A DNA stretch of 64,000 bases, from contig MU057073.1 in NCBI GenBank assembly GCA_013239625.1, positions 1,101,426-1,165,425 of the forward strand, given 5' to 3'. Shown here one piece after another: positions 22,901-34,900 of this stretch. Origin of the DNA: Lama guanicoe. Lineage: Eukaryota. A program made the translations under genes and the position numbers. Position 1 is the first letter of the stretch, and each line of letters begins with the position of its first letter. The notes below the pieces were generated by a model. That model searched no databases, was not told the DNA's origin, and saw nothing but the letters and a program-made list of their open reading frames with translations.

Positions 22901-25900
22901 GGACCCACTCGGCCCCTGGCCGCCGGAGGAGCCAGATCTAACAGCCGTAAGGGTGGCCGTTAACAGGGAGTGTGCCCGCAGCACCCCCAGGGAGTGCAGC
23001 AGGTGGGCTCTGGGTGCAGCCTGCCCCCAGGACACCTTCCCTAGCTCACCCCCACCTCCTCAGGTGCCTAGGGATGCTCCCTCAGGCCAGTTCCACCCCG
23101 TGCTCCCCAACTGCAGGGGCATCTGCCCCAAGGCCTGCCGGCATCAACCCACCACCCCCACCAACGCTGGGCCAGCTTGCTCTCAGGACTCGGTGCACCG
23201 CACAGCATCTCGGAGGAAAGCGTCATCAGGAAACTGAGGCACAGAGAGGTTGCACGACCTGTCCGAGGCTGCACAGCTCCGAGGGGCAGATTCTGAGTTT
23301 GAACCCTATCCTCGACTGCACCTCCCTCTCAGGGCGAGCGGCCTTCCCTGGACAGTGCTGTGACGTGGTGCCCAGGGGAGGCCCGCCGCCACTGGGGCCA
23401 GGAGCTGAGGCCCGCAGGCCCCTCCTACTGTTCTTGTCCAAGCTGCCCCCGAGCCAGGCCCCACCCCGAGCCACCCTGCGCCGGAGGACGTACCTGAGGA
23501 AGAAGGAGGCTGCCGCCGACGGGCCCGAGGCGCCCCCCGCCGGGGCGCCGGGGACTGGAGTGACCAGGGCTGCAGTGCAGGCCCCACCGCGGCCCCACGT
23601 CTTTGGCACACCATCAGGTCCCACGGAAGGGGGGCCATCCCGCACTGTGTCTGCCACCGCCACCGCGGCCACCGCTGCTTCAGCCTGGAGGGAAGGAGGG
23701 GGCCTGCCTGAGCATCAGGCCTCAGCCGGGAGCTGGGGAGCAGACCTGCGCACCCCAGAGCCCAGTGAGCTCCCAGGGGCCCCTACTCATGGGACCCAGC
23801 CAGCTCGGGGAGGGAGGGCAGTCTGCCCCACGGGGCCCCGTGGGGGAGAGGTAGACACAGATGTCCGCCCAGGGACCTCACTTTCCAGCCCCTCCTCCTT
23901 CAACCTCCAGAAATGCAGTGACCCCAGTGACCCCAGTGGTTGGGACAGATGGACAGGGACCCCCACGCCCCTCACCGCTGGGCCACCCGCCTGCGAGCAC
24001 CCAGAGGCATGGTGACAGAAGGAACCAAAGCAAGTGTTTGCCACGAGCACTGACTGCCCCGTGCACGGTGATGTGTGATCCTCCCGCCAGCTGAAGTGCC
24101 CCACTGGCATCTCCAGCTAGTCAGCTAAAGTAAGTTCCAGAGGGAGACAGCCTCGTAATGAAGCACAAACGTAATTAAAGGCTCGCCCGGACGGCGCTGG
24201 CAAACTTGAGATCCGGCCACTGTGTATTTTATTTATGTGCACTTGTCAGGCCCTGGACCCCAAGGCCAGCCACAGCCCCAGGGGGGTGGGCATGGCCCCT
24301 GGCAGAGGAGGGAAGCAGCCTGCCTTAGCCCGGCCACCCCCAGCCCCATCCTCTTCCCCAAGCCGCCCAACCCCGGCCCCAGGCTTCAGGGCTCCCCAGG
24401 CACCTTGGCCCAGTCCCTGGGACTCCCAGCCCCACTCCACCCCGAGCACTGCTGACAACCACTGTCCAAGGTGTCCTCTGTGTCAGGCTGGATAAGGCCT
24501 GCGGTCCTCACGCTGACAGGACACGGGCCTCCAGTGACCCTGCAGGAGAGGAGCCCAGGAAGCAGCCACTCTGGAGGGCCCACCATCCTCAGGCTCTCCC
24601 AGGTGACACAGCCAGATGCCAGGGTGGCACTTCCACAGGCCCCAGGAGGAGCGTCTGGCAGGAGGCCTGCCAGCTCAGGGCAGCATCCCTCCCCACCGGG
24701 ATGGAGTCCCATCCCGCCCAGACTGTGGTCAGCACCAGCTCCCAGGCTCCCCGAGGGTCACAGCAATACCACGTCTGCAAAGGAAGCTCAAAGAGAGTCC
24801 CAAATCTTAGGCTGGATGGTAGCCAAGGACCCCCTACCTGGCCCTCTCTGCACCAGCATCTCCCCCAGGGCTGTGAGGAGGACAGGTCAGTGGCAGAGAA
24901 GGGCAAACCTGGAACAATCCAGGCCCTCACCAGGCACTGTGCCAGCACACCACGCCCTGCCACCTGCCTTACATTTGCCTATAGGGTAGGAACTCCTGTG
25001 CATCCCCCAGCACCCAGCCCAGCCAGGCCTCCCCTTCTCCAAGCCACTCCCTGGGCCTGCCCCAGGTGCCCTGCCCTGGCCTCCTCCAGCCCTGAGATCT
25101 CTCCCCGGCTTCACCTAGGCTACAACGTAGTGCTGCCCACCCCCAGAGTAACAGGGCCGTGCTTGACTTCTCAGCACCATATTCTCCTATCCCACCAGCT
25201 TGTGTGAGCACCTGGTGTGTGCCAGGAATCAGGAGGCCCCTGGCGGGTGCCTACCACACCTGCCTGGTCTCCCCATGCCTGGCACCTTGCCTTGGCAATG
25301 GTAGGTGTTCAGTATATCTGTCCTCCAGGGGCACAGTCTGAGACACAGGCATGAGACACACAGAGCCCACAGCCAGGAGGCAGGCTCTGCACCCAAGAGA
25401 AAGGGAGCTGCAGGATCAGAGGGGGCACCTGGTCACAGGGGCACTCCAGAGGGGGGTCAGGCAGGCCTAGGCCCGCGTGACGGGAACCGGATGCTGCTTC
25501 TCCTCCAGGCAAATGTGAGGATGTGGAGCAGCCAAGGACCCTGACGTCAGCCTCCCGACGTGGCCTGCCGTGCACAGGACCTGCGATGTTCCCTCACCTC
25601 AAACATCAACCCCTCTAACGCACATGCTCCCCAGGAGAGGTCTGACCTCCTTCGTTGAGCAGGGCAGTATAGGACATTTTAAAGTTGCGTCATCTGCAGG
25701 GCCTGAACTCCTCGGAGCAGAGCTGGGTTTGGCAGAGCACCCACCAGGCGAGGAGCACGGGCAGGGGCTCCCTAGGACCGAAGCGGGCTCACACCGCAGT
25801 GCTGGCACCCGCGCTGCCCCACCCAGCCCGTGACGGCTCTGCCGTGGGGCCCACCGCCAGCCCAGGCCAGCCCGTGAGCCCGCCCAGTGAGGCACCTGGA

Positions 25901-28900
25901 CAGCAGGGGACAGAGCTGGGGGCTCGCCCCACAGCCCCTCCGCCCACTCCCATGGGGCCTGAGCCATCCCACCGTCTCAGGCGGGCATCACTACCTCCAG
26001 CCAGAATGCTCCGGCACCACCAGCAACGGTGCAGGCCCCTCAGCACGCCTGCGGCCGGCCGCCCCCCGGGCACTGACCTGTCTCGGGGGTCCCGCACGCA
26101 CCTCGGCTCCGCCGTCCCACGAGCTGCCGAGACACGGCTCCGGCCATCGGGACGGCCGCTGCCGATTCCTGCCAGAAGCAGAGCCCAGGCATGCCAAAAG
26201 AAGCCAGGGGGGCGGGGGGGACGGCGAGAGGGAAGACCACAACACGGGGACAGAAGAGAGGGGGCGAGGGGAGGGCAGGCGGGCGGCCAAACAGAAAACG
26301 TGATGGAGGTGCCAGAGCAGCAACGAAAGAAAAGCATGAAGAGAGGAGAGCGTGAGGTGGGCCGCGCCACCGTCCCCGGGGAAGCCCCTGCCAGAGGCTC
26401 CTGACCTCAGCCGGTGCCCGGGGGGCCCAGAGTGGGCGCCAGGGTTCCACAGAGCATGGTTTGGGAAACACCAGACTAACCCATTTCTTAGGAACCCTCC
26501 GGGCCTGAATTCCACGTCTGAAAGATCCCGGCAGGTGAAGAACAGTGTCCACCTGCTCCTCGGGAGAAACACCTCACTGCGGGCTATTTCATGCCGAGAG
26601 GTGGGGGGGCCAGAAGGGGCAGGAGGCTGAGGGGTCTCACAGACACGGTCTCAGCCCTGCAGAGGGCATGGGGGGCATCGCTCAGGGGGCATGTGCCAGA
26701 CACCAGGGTCTCCTCGAAGCTCCGCCTAGTCCCCCAGAGGCCCCCAGGCCAGGAATGTCCTTCCCCTGCAGGCGCCAGTCACAGGAACAGCACCCCAGCA
26801 GCTCCCCTGAAGTGTGGCCATCCTCTCCTGAGGCCCAGAGGGGGCACCAACAGCGGGTCGGGTCAGAGAGACAGGCCAGAATACAAAGCTCCCTCCACCC
26901 CTGCCACGTCCCTGAGGACGGGTGGACACCCACCAGGGCCCCCGCCAGTGCTCACAGGAAGTGGGGGGGGCAGCAGGAGCAACATCCCCAAGCTGGTGTC
27001 ACCCAAACTCCATGGACAGACAGAAACCGTGGCTCCACCAAAATGACCTCACCTCCCACTCAAAGCAGCATGCAGCACCTCCTCCAGGAAGCCCTCCATC
27101 CTCCCTGTCCAGGCCGAGCCTCTGCTGCCGCAGACCCCATGGCAGGCTGGGAACCCTCTGCTCCAGGTCCTCCTCCCTGGACTGTGAGCCCTGAGACCCT
27201 GGGCAGGGCCTGGCCTGTGTCTGCACGACTAGGGAAGGTTTGCACAAGTCTCCACTCACCCAGACCTGGGGCAGCTCCTTTCACTGTTTCCCGCAGTCCC
27301 ATCCTCAGCTGCCCCAGGCTGTGCTACCTCTAGCCTACTGCGGGGTCAGGAGGACAAAGCCTTAATGTCATCTGTAAAGTGAGTGCAGGTGTCCTACGGA
27401 CATCTGACAGGCACCCTGTCGACCTGGGGGAGACACCACGGTTCACAGCTGTGTCCCCGTGAAGCAGGCGGAGGCAGAGCACCTGGGGTGGCCCCACGCT
27501 CTCAGGGCAGCCAGGGAGGGTGACAGGCCACAGTCCCACTCCCGTGGGCACCCACGTCCTCCATGGTGGCAGAGCCGCCTCTACCGGACAGTCTGGAAGG
27601 CAACCGCTCGACGGTCCCAGCTGGGACGCTTCCCCAGATACTCGGGAGGTGAATGACCCGGAAAGGGCCGAGCTCTGTGCTCCCGGACGGGGAAGTGGAC
27701 TGCGGCCTGAATTAGGCCAGGGCAGGCCGAGGGCTGCTCCACCCAGACACCAGGCTCTCTAGCTGGCCACGCCCACAGAAGGACCCACGGGGCCAGCTCC
27801 CAGCCAGAGCACCCGGAATGTTCCAGGCCCACGCCTCCCACCCCAGCAGCCCAGATCCATGCTCGCCTGGAAACAGTCACATGCCAGGCCCGCCAGGGGG
27901 CTGTGGTGGCGACTCGCAGCACGCCTCTCCAGAAGCGTGTCGTTCTAGGGCCTAACACGCAGTGTTCCCACATTCCAGGCCCGCCTCTAATGATCAACGG
28001 CCTGGTTCAGGGGAAACCACCTCATGTGGGTCCAAAAGTTCTATTTATGGTTTAAGTAATGTCTCCATCAATCGCCAGGACTGTTGTCTCATCATAGTCC
28101 ATCACCACCCGCCCGAACGCGATCAGTGCACATAAAACCAGGAGGGAGCCTTGAATGCTCACGTGTTATGGTGAGCTGGCAGCCAGTAGGGCTGCCCAGC
28201 AAAAGGCCCGTGACCCCACCAGGCACACAGAGGCAGACAGGCCACCAGCCTGTCCTCTCCAGCTCACACCCCTCTTCTGCCTCCCGGGACCCTCAGGGCC
28301 AAGACCAACCCCTCTCTCTACCTGGTGTCTAAGGCCCCCTGGCTATTCCCAGTGGCCTCCTGTGCCCCCATCACATCTCCCGCTGGGCCCACTGTCTCTG
28401 CCACTTCCCTCCAGGCCCGGCTCAATGCCACCTCCTCCAGGAAGCCGCCCAGCTCTCTAGAGCTGCCTCCTCACCTCTGCTTTCCCCCTTCCACCGACCC
28501 CGCAGGCGCATTCTTCCCAGGCAGCCCAGCTCTCAGGCCAGGAGGCACCACAGGACTGGCACAGCAGAGGCTGGCCTCCCCCTTCTTGGCCTCGCCCTAG
28601 GACTTAGCAAACAGAGGAGCTGGAAGCAGAAAAGCCACCCATAGGGTGCATTGTCACACCAGGTGGAGGCCAGGTCAGATCCAGAAGTTCTTCCCAGGGG
28701 TGCCCTGGGCACCCCAAGCTACTGAGGGTCGGGGAGGCTCCAAAGACAGGGCACCCTCAGAGGGGCCAGCCCCAGCAAGGCCACACTTGAGATGGCAACA
28801 TTCAGCCTGCAAACCACAGCCCCTTCAGAGGGGCCGGCAAGTCCAGAGGCGGGGGCGGGCCAGGGGACTCATGGGACTTTGCCGCAGCAGCTGGGGGCCC

Positions 28901-31900
28901 TCGCCGTGCCTCCACCCCCACAGCCCTCGGGCACAGAGACCACAGGAGAGGACTGCTGAGGCTCTATTTCCGAGACACTCACCGGGCAAGTTTGTGCAGC
29001 TGACTCTGCAGTGACTAGAAAGGCTTCCACGGCCATCTACCTATCTCTCTGCCCCGGGGCCCCACGGGGGACAGACGGCGCAGCAGGAGCTTCTCCAAGC
29101 AGCCACAAACGCCTGTGCAGCTCCACCGCTGGGTCCCACCTGGCCCAGTACCCTACCGCAGCTCTACCACCAGGGTCACACCTCCAGGGAGACCTACAGG
29201 GTTCATACCTCCAGGCCTCCACACAGACCCTTCCCTCCGCTTGGAGGGTCCTTTCTATTTCATTTGCCTGGAGAACCCTATGCTGGGCACTGCTAGGCCC
29301 TCAGCAAGCAGATGGGGGCAGCCGGGGGCACGAAACCCCAGGAGAAGGCATCCCTCAATCGTGCAAGAGCTTCTGGGGAAAGGTCCTACTGGGACCACCC
29401 CAGCACAGCTACCCCCACGCACCACCAAGCCAGAACCAACGCCCTCCAGTGTCCCAGGAAACCCCGCTCCAAAAACCCGTCCTCTCCTGACCCCCGACCC
29501 TGGTGCCCCTTCTCCTGGATGGAAAACTGGGGGACACAGGGGACACCTGGGAGAGACCCCCACCAGCAGAACTCTGTAAGCAGCAGGCACCGGGCGCCTG
29601 GCACCGGGCCCCAGCCCCACCCCCCAGAGCTCGTCTCAGACCGCCGGGCCCTGCCTGGGCACACCCAGCCCGGGTCCATGGCACCTCAGGACCCACCGGT
29701 GGCCAGAGCTGGCTCCACGGAGGCCATGCCACTGCTGTGGGTGACACTCTGGTAGGCCTGAGGAGGGGAGCCCTGGAGAGTGGGGAAGGCAGTCCGCAGT
29801 CACCTGGAAAGAGGTGGCTTCTGAGGGGCCAAGCCTGTGCAGGAGCGAGCACACAGTTCGCACCACCTGCGGGCCTCCCACTACATGCCAGGCTGTGTCA
29901 CTTGTCCACAGGGCAGGGCCATGTCACCCAGGTCTGCCTGTGCTCCGGGCAAGAGAGCCTGGCCAGGGAGGGACCAGGAGGAGATGTTCCCTCTACTCCA
30001 ACCCTGAGGATGAGGGTCTGATCTCATCCTGGGAGCCCACGGGGCCCTTGTGTCAGCCCACAGCACTTTCCGTGGTCTCCGAGTGGCCACAACCATCCTC
30101 ACCCACGTGCCTGTGCTGCGTGGCAGCAACGCTCCCAGGGACACGAGAGGACCCTGCCCACCAGCGACCTGGCAGGTGGACTTGACCTGGGCCTTAGGAG
30201 TGTCTGCAGCCCCCTTGCTTTAAGGGGAGCCATGCTGCAGGGCACCCATTGAGCTCAGTGGGTGCAGACGTGGACTCAGCATGTCCAGGGCACTCACCAG
30301 GCATGACGGCGGCAGGAAGCTGTTGACCCGCGAGACGCTCCACATGCCGTCCAGGCACTGCTGAGCTTGGATGGTGACCGTGCTCAGGGCCCCGCCCAAG
30401 CCAGCAGGCGCCACCGACACCTGGACACTGGGCCCGGACGGCCAGGCCAGCCCCTTTCTCCGGTCTGGTCCCACTCGGCCCGGCTGCCTCCCCACCAGGC
30501 CCGCCGGCGCTGGTACCTCCCTCAGGCTGGTGGCAGCGCCAGGGCTGGGGGGCGCGAGGCCGGAGCCTCCATGAGGGGCGTCCAGCTCTTCGCGGCTGGC
30601 AGGGGCCTGCAGCAGCCGCAGGGCCTCCCGCGTGAGCTGGTTCAGGTGTGTGGCACAGACGTCACAGCGGCGCTCAGCCTCCGGGTGACACGCAGGCAGA
30701 GCCCCAGGTGCCGGCAACTTGTCGAGAAGCAGAGCAGAGAGACATGGATCCTGGGAGGACAAGGGACAGAGGTGGTCAGTGCCCGGGCACCAGGACCCAC
30801 CCCCCTCCCTGACGCTGGGCCGGCCCACACAGCGGCCACTACGTAATCCAGAACTGGTTAATATGCCCCAAACGGTGTCATCTGCAGGCACCCAGCAGGA
30901 AAAGAGCCACTGGGGCTTAACAGGGAGGCCCGCAGTGCCCTGGACAACTGCCCCCCTCCTCCAGCCACCATTCCCGTGCTTGCCTGCGGCCAATAAGGCA
31001 TCCATCTGCACGGCCCCCAGCAACTGGGCCACAGCAGCCAGGCCACATGGCCAAGCAGCAGCCCAGGAGCTGGCGGAAGGGGCCCATCTATGGTGGGCTG
31101 AGGGCCCCAGTTGAAAGCAACGTCGCTTCCAAAGCCCGTAATGGGGGGCTGGCGGGCTGGAGACCCTCTCCCTGCCTTTGCGGCGTCTCCAGCCCTGGTC
31201 GGGATTGGGAGGAAATGTAAACGGACCCCCAGGAGCCAGGCTGTGTGATAGGACTGCAGGGGTGAGCAGGTGGCCCAGGTCCACAGGAAGACGGAGGCCC
31301 GAGCACAGCTGGCGGGAGGCAGGAGGCAAGTCTCAATGGCCCCCACACTCCGCTGCAGACATGGAGTTGGCTGCTGGGGCCTATGCTGCCTGGTGGAGGC
31401 CCCTGCAGCCCACCCCCCTGCCCTGTACTGAGGGGGACACGGGGTCTCCGTAACCATGAGCCTGCTGTCTTAAGAGGGCTAAGAACAGAAGCCAAGAGGT
31501 CCAGGAGGGATTCCTGGAAGAGGGGACACCTCTAGAAAAAAAGGGGAGGCAGAGGGAACCAATCCTCAGAAGGAACCTCACTGGAGGGAAGCTATCAAAA
31601 GTCACATTCCCAGGGCCCATCCCCTACCCTCAACCCCAACAACAGGCTCTGCCTCAGCCCCTCCCCTGGCAGCCCCTCAGCATACTTGCCCTTTCCCGAG
31701 GGCAAGCCCAAACTACAGATGCTTGGCCAGGACACCCCCTTGACGGAGCAGCGGCCCATCCTGGACTTGCCACAAATCCTCCCTCCCCAGCCACAAAGCA
31801 TCCCCTGCTCAATGGCTGGCCACACTGGCCCCAAAGGACACTGGGCACATCCAGATGCCCTGCTGGCCACAAAAGGGACTGCAACCTCCCCAAACGCATC

Positions 31901-34900
31901 CCTCCTTCAGACTCGGAAGCCAAAGGCACCACTAAAAAGGGGCAGCCCATTCATCCCGCCCGGGCTCCCCGAGCCTGGCCTGTGGCCAGCCTGACCGGTG
32001 TCCACAGACGCCAAGGGAGAGCTCCAGTGGGTGCCGGCTGTGACAGGGAGGCCTGGCTGTGAGGGGACACTGCTCAGCTCTTGTGTCCCCGGGACAGGCA
32101 GACCCCGCAGATACTTCGGATTCAGTCCAGATCACCATGACAAAGCGAGTGTTGAAATAAAGTGAATCACGTGAATTCTTTGGCGTCACAACTATAAAAG
32201 TTATGCTCACACAATACTGTAGTCTAGTAAGTGTGCAAGAACATCGCGTCTTAAAAAATTTTAACACTAAAAAACAGCATCGGTTGAAACATAACGCTGC
32301 TGGGAAAATGGCACCGACAGACCGGCTCAAAGCAGGGCTGCCCCAAATCCTCGGGCTGTGAGAAGCGCACAGTAAAGCAAAGCACGGCGAAACCAGGGGC
32401 CCGGGCCGCCCCACGCGCCCCAGGCAGACCAGGTCGGATGAAAGCGTGGCCCGGCCAGGCCGCGCCTTGCCGCTGCCTGATGTACGGGCTTTCCTCCGGT
32501 GGGGGCTGGGGGCCTCTGAAGTGCCCGGCGTGTCTGGTCCCAATTAGCGGACACCCCCACACCCTCCTGCTCCCCTGTGGGAAATTCACTGCGGACCCCA
32601 GGGAGCCCTGCGGAGGTGGGGGGCAGGCACGGGACACGCTGCGGGAACCCCACCCGGGTCGCCCACGGGCCACAGGTGGAATGCAGACGCCCTGCCCCCG
32701 CCACGCAGGGCTCAGACAGGCCTGCTGCCACTCCATCATCCCTGCCTGTTTTCCAGGCCCAGCTCTGATTATCCTGGTTTTTCCACTCAGCGGGAGGCAG
32801 CTAATGGTGGGCTGGTGTGAGGGGAAGGAAGTGCTGCCTGCTACAGCCATTAACCCGACTTGAAAGGCGGCCCAGACCCCGCCCGGCCCCCAGGCCCCAC
32901 AGCCCATTGTTCTGGGGCCTCTGCCTGTCTTGGGGACCTTGGGCCTCTGGGGAGCCACTCCCTCCAGGAAGCCGGGAGTGCAAGGGATGGGGGGGCTCCT
33001 GACTGACCTGGGCCCACACCAGAACCAGACCCCCACCACACCCCCAGAGCTGCCCCTGCCCACCCCCCTCCCCCAGCTCGTCAGGCAGAGTTCAGGTGGC
33101 GGCTGTCAGGGAGGCCTCAGCCACCCGCCCGCCCACCACCCAGGCCTAGGGCTCTGAGCATCCAAGCCCCATGTGGGAACAGCAGGGGTCTGCTCTGAGG
33201 AGGGGGAGCCCTCCAAGCTCAAGCACTCCTCTCACAGGGAGACAAGCCCAGGACCGCCTGATCACCAGCTCAGCAAGCCAGGTGCAGGGGCTTACAAGCC
33301 CGTGGGCCTCCAGGCCATGGTCTCCCCTGAGTCCCACTTCACAAGCTCCCAGAAGGTTCGGGGCCCCAACACACCCGGGCCCCACCCCACGGCCAAAGCC
33401 TACTTTGGGAGCCAAGCACCCCTCCCAGCACTGGCAGCCAAGCTCACCTCTTGGGGGACCCTCACCACCTTCACTGCGGAGGTGACGATGCTGCAGGCCC
33501 AGCAGATCCCCCAGGCCTAGGGGTCTCCGGGTGTGGCGGGGGCCACCTCTCCAATTTCTGCCTGGTATCACACACCTGAGATGGCAGAGGCCGGCCAGGA
33601 GGAGAGACCCACCTGGGGTGACCACACAGAGACTGCAGTGGGCCCTGAGCCCCTCAGGCAGGCCAGGCAGCAGAGGCTGGGCCAGCTCGGGGGCCAGGAA
33701 CAGGGCAGCGGCAAGGAACGCTCACTGTGGTCGTCCAGTCAGAACCCCGCCCCACAGCCTGCAGACCAGCAAGCCCTGGGCAAGACAGACCTAGAGTCAG
33801 GGTCCAGCACCCTGGCCCAGCATTCAGGGCTCCAGGGAGGGGGGCTTCTCCCAGGATGGGCACCCTGGGCCCCAGAAGGTAAGGGACGAGAGCATCTTCC
33901 ACACCACCTGCTGCCCCTCCCCAAGCGCAAGCCAACAACCCTCAGACCCCAGCACAGAGGGCAGCTGGGGAAGGCCCAGGAGGAACAAGTCGCCCTTCCC
34001 TAAGGCCAGTGCCCTCTCCCAGCCGTGGGACAGCTCCTGGCAGCTGCAGGGAGGGCTCAAGCCCCCAAGAGGTCACGGCCCCAGTTTCCAGAATTTTAAT
34101 CCCCGAAAGCCCCAGCCACCATGAGGCCTAGAGCCCACCCCTCCCGTCCAGAGCCCAGCGCCTTTAGACAGGAATCACCCTGCTGCAAAATAGTACTTTT
34201 AATTTCCTCTTTATGGTCTAATTAAACAGATATTTTACTTGCATTTGGAAAACGTTTTTCTTAATTTGATTCAATTTAGCACTGCATACCCAGCACACCA
34301 CCTGGGTTTTCGGGGGCCTTCCCCCACTTAAGAATGATGGCTTTTTATCTTCCGTCGTGTTTCTGGGATCTCTGAGTTACTTTAAGTAATCCTTCTATTT
34401 TCTCCTAAGAGGGAGCCCTAGAGGGGCTTCACCGGGGGAGCTGCCCCACCGTCACCACCAGGGGAGGCTTCCCCAGGGTCCAGGAAGGCCAGGCTCACCC
34501 CTGGGGCAGGGCGGGAGCTGACCAGACCCCCCGCAGAGGCTTCCATGGGAGAAAGTGAGAAGGGGGTCTACTCCCCAATTCAGAAAAGCCCCCAGACCTC
34601 AGGGCTGTGAGAAGACCCTCTCTGAGCCCCCATCATCCTGTCTTTCAAAAGGGGGCCCCAGCACCCACTGGCAGGGTGGCTGGGAGAGCGCCCAGGACCA
34701 GAGCCCAGCCTGGAGGAGCGCGTGAGGCCAGCCACACTGTCAGGAGTGGCCTGCAGGCAGCTGAGCGCGTCCAGTCCTGCCTTCTCTCCACAAACAAAGC
34801 GCACTGGGCCCTGACCCCGGGCAGCCACGTTTCCGGAGTTGACAACAGGTCCAGGAAGGGACCCCGGCTGCCGGGCTGGGCGCTGCCCTCTCAGGCTGAC

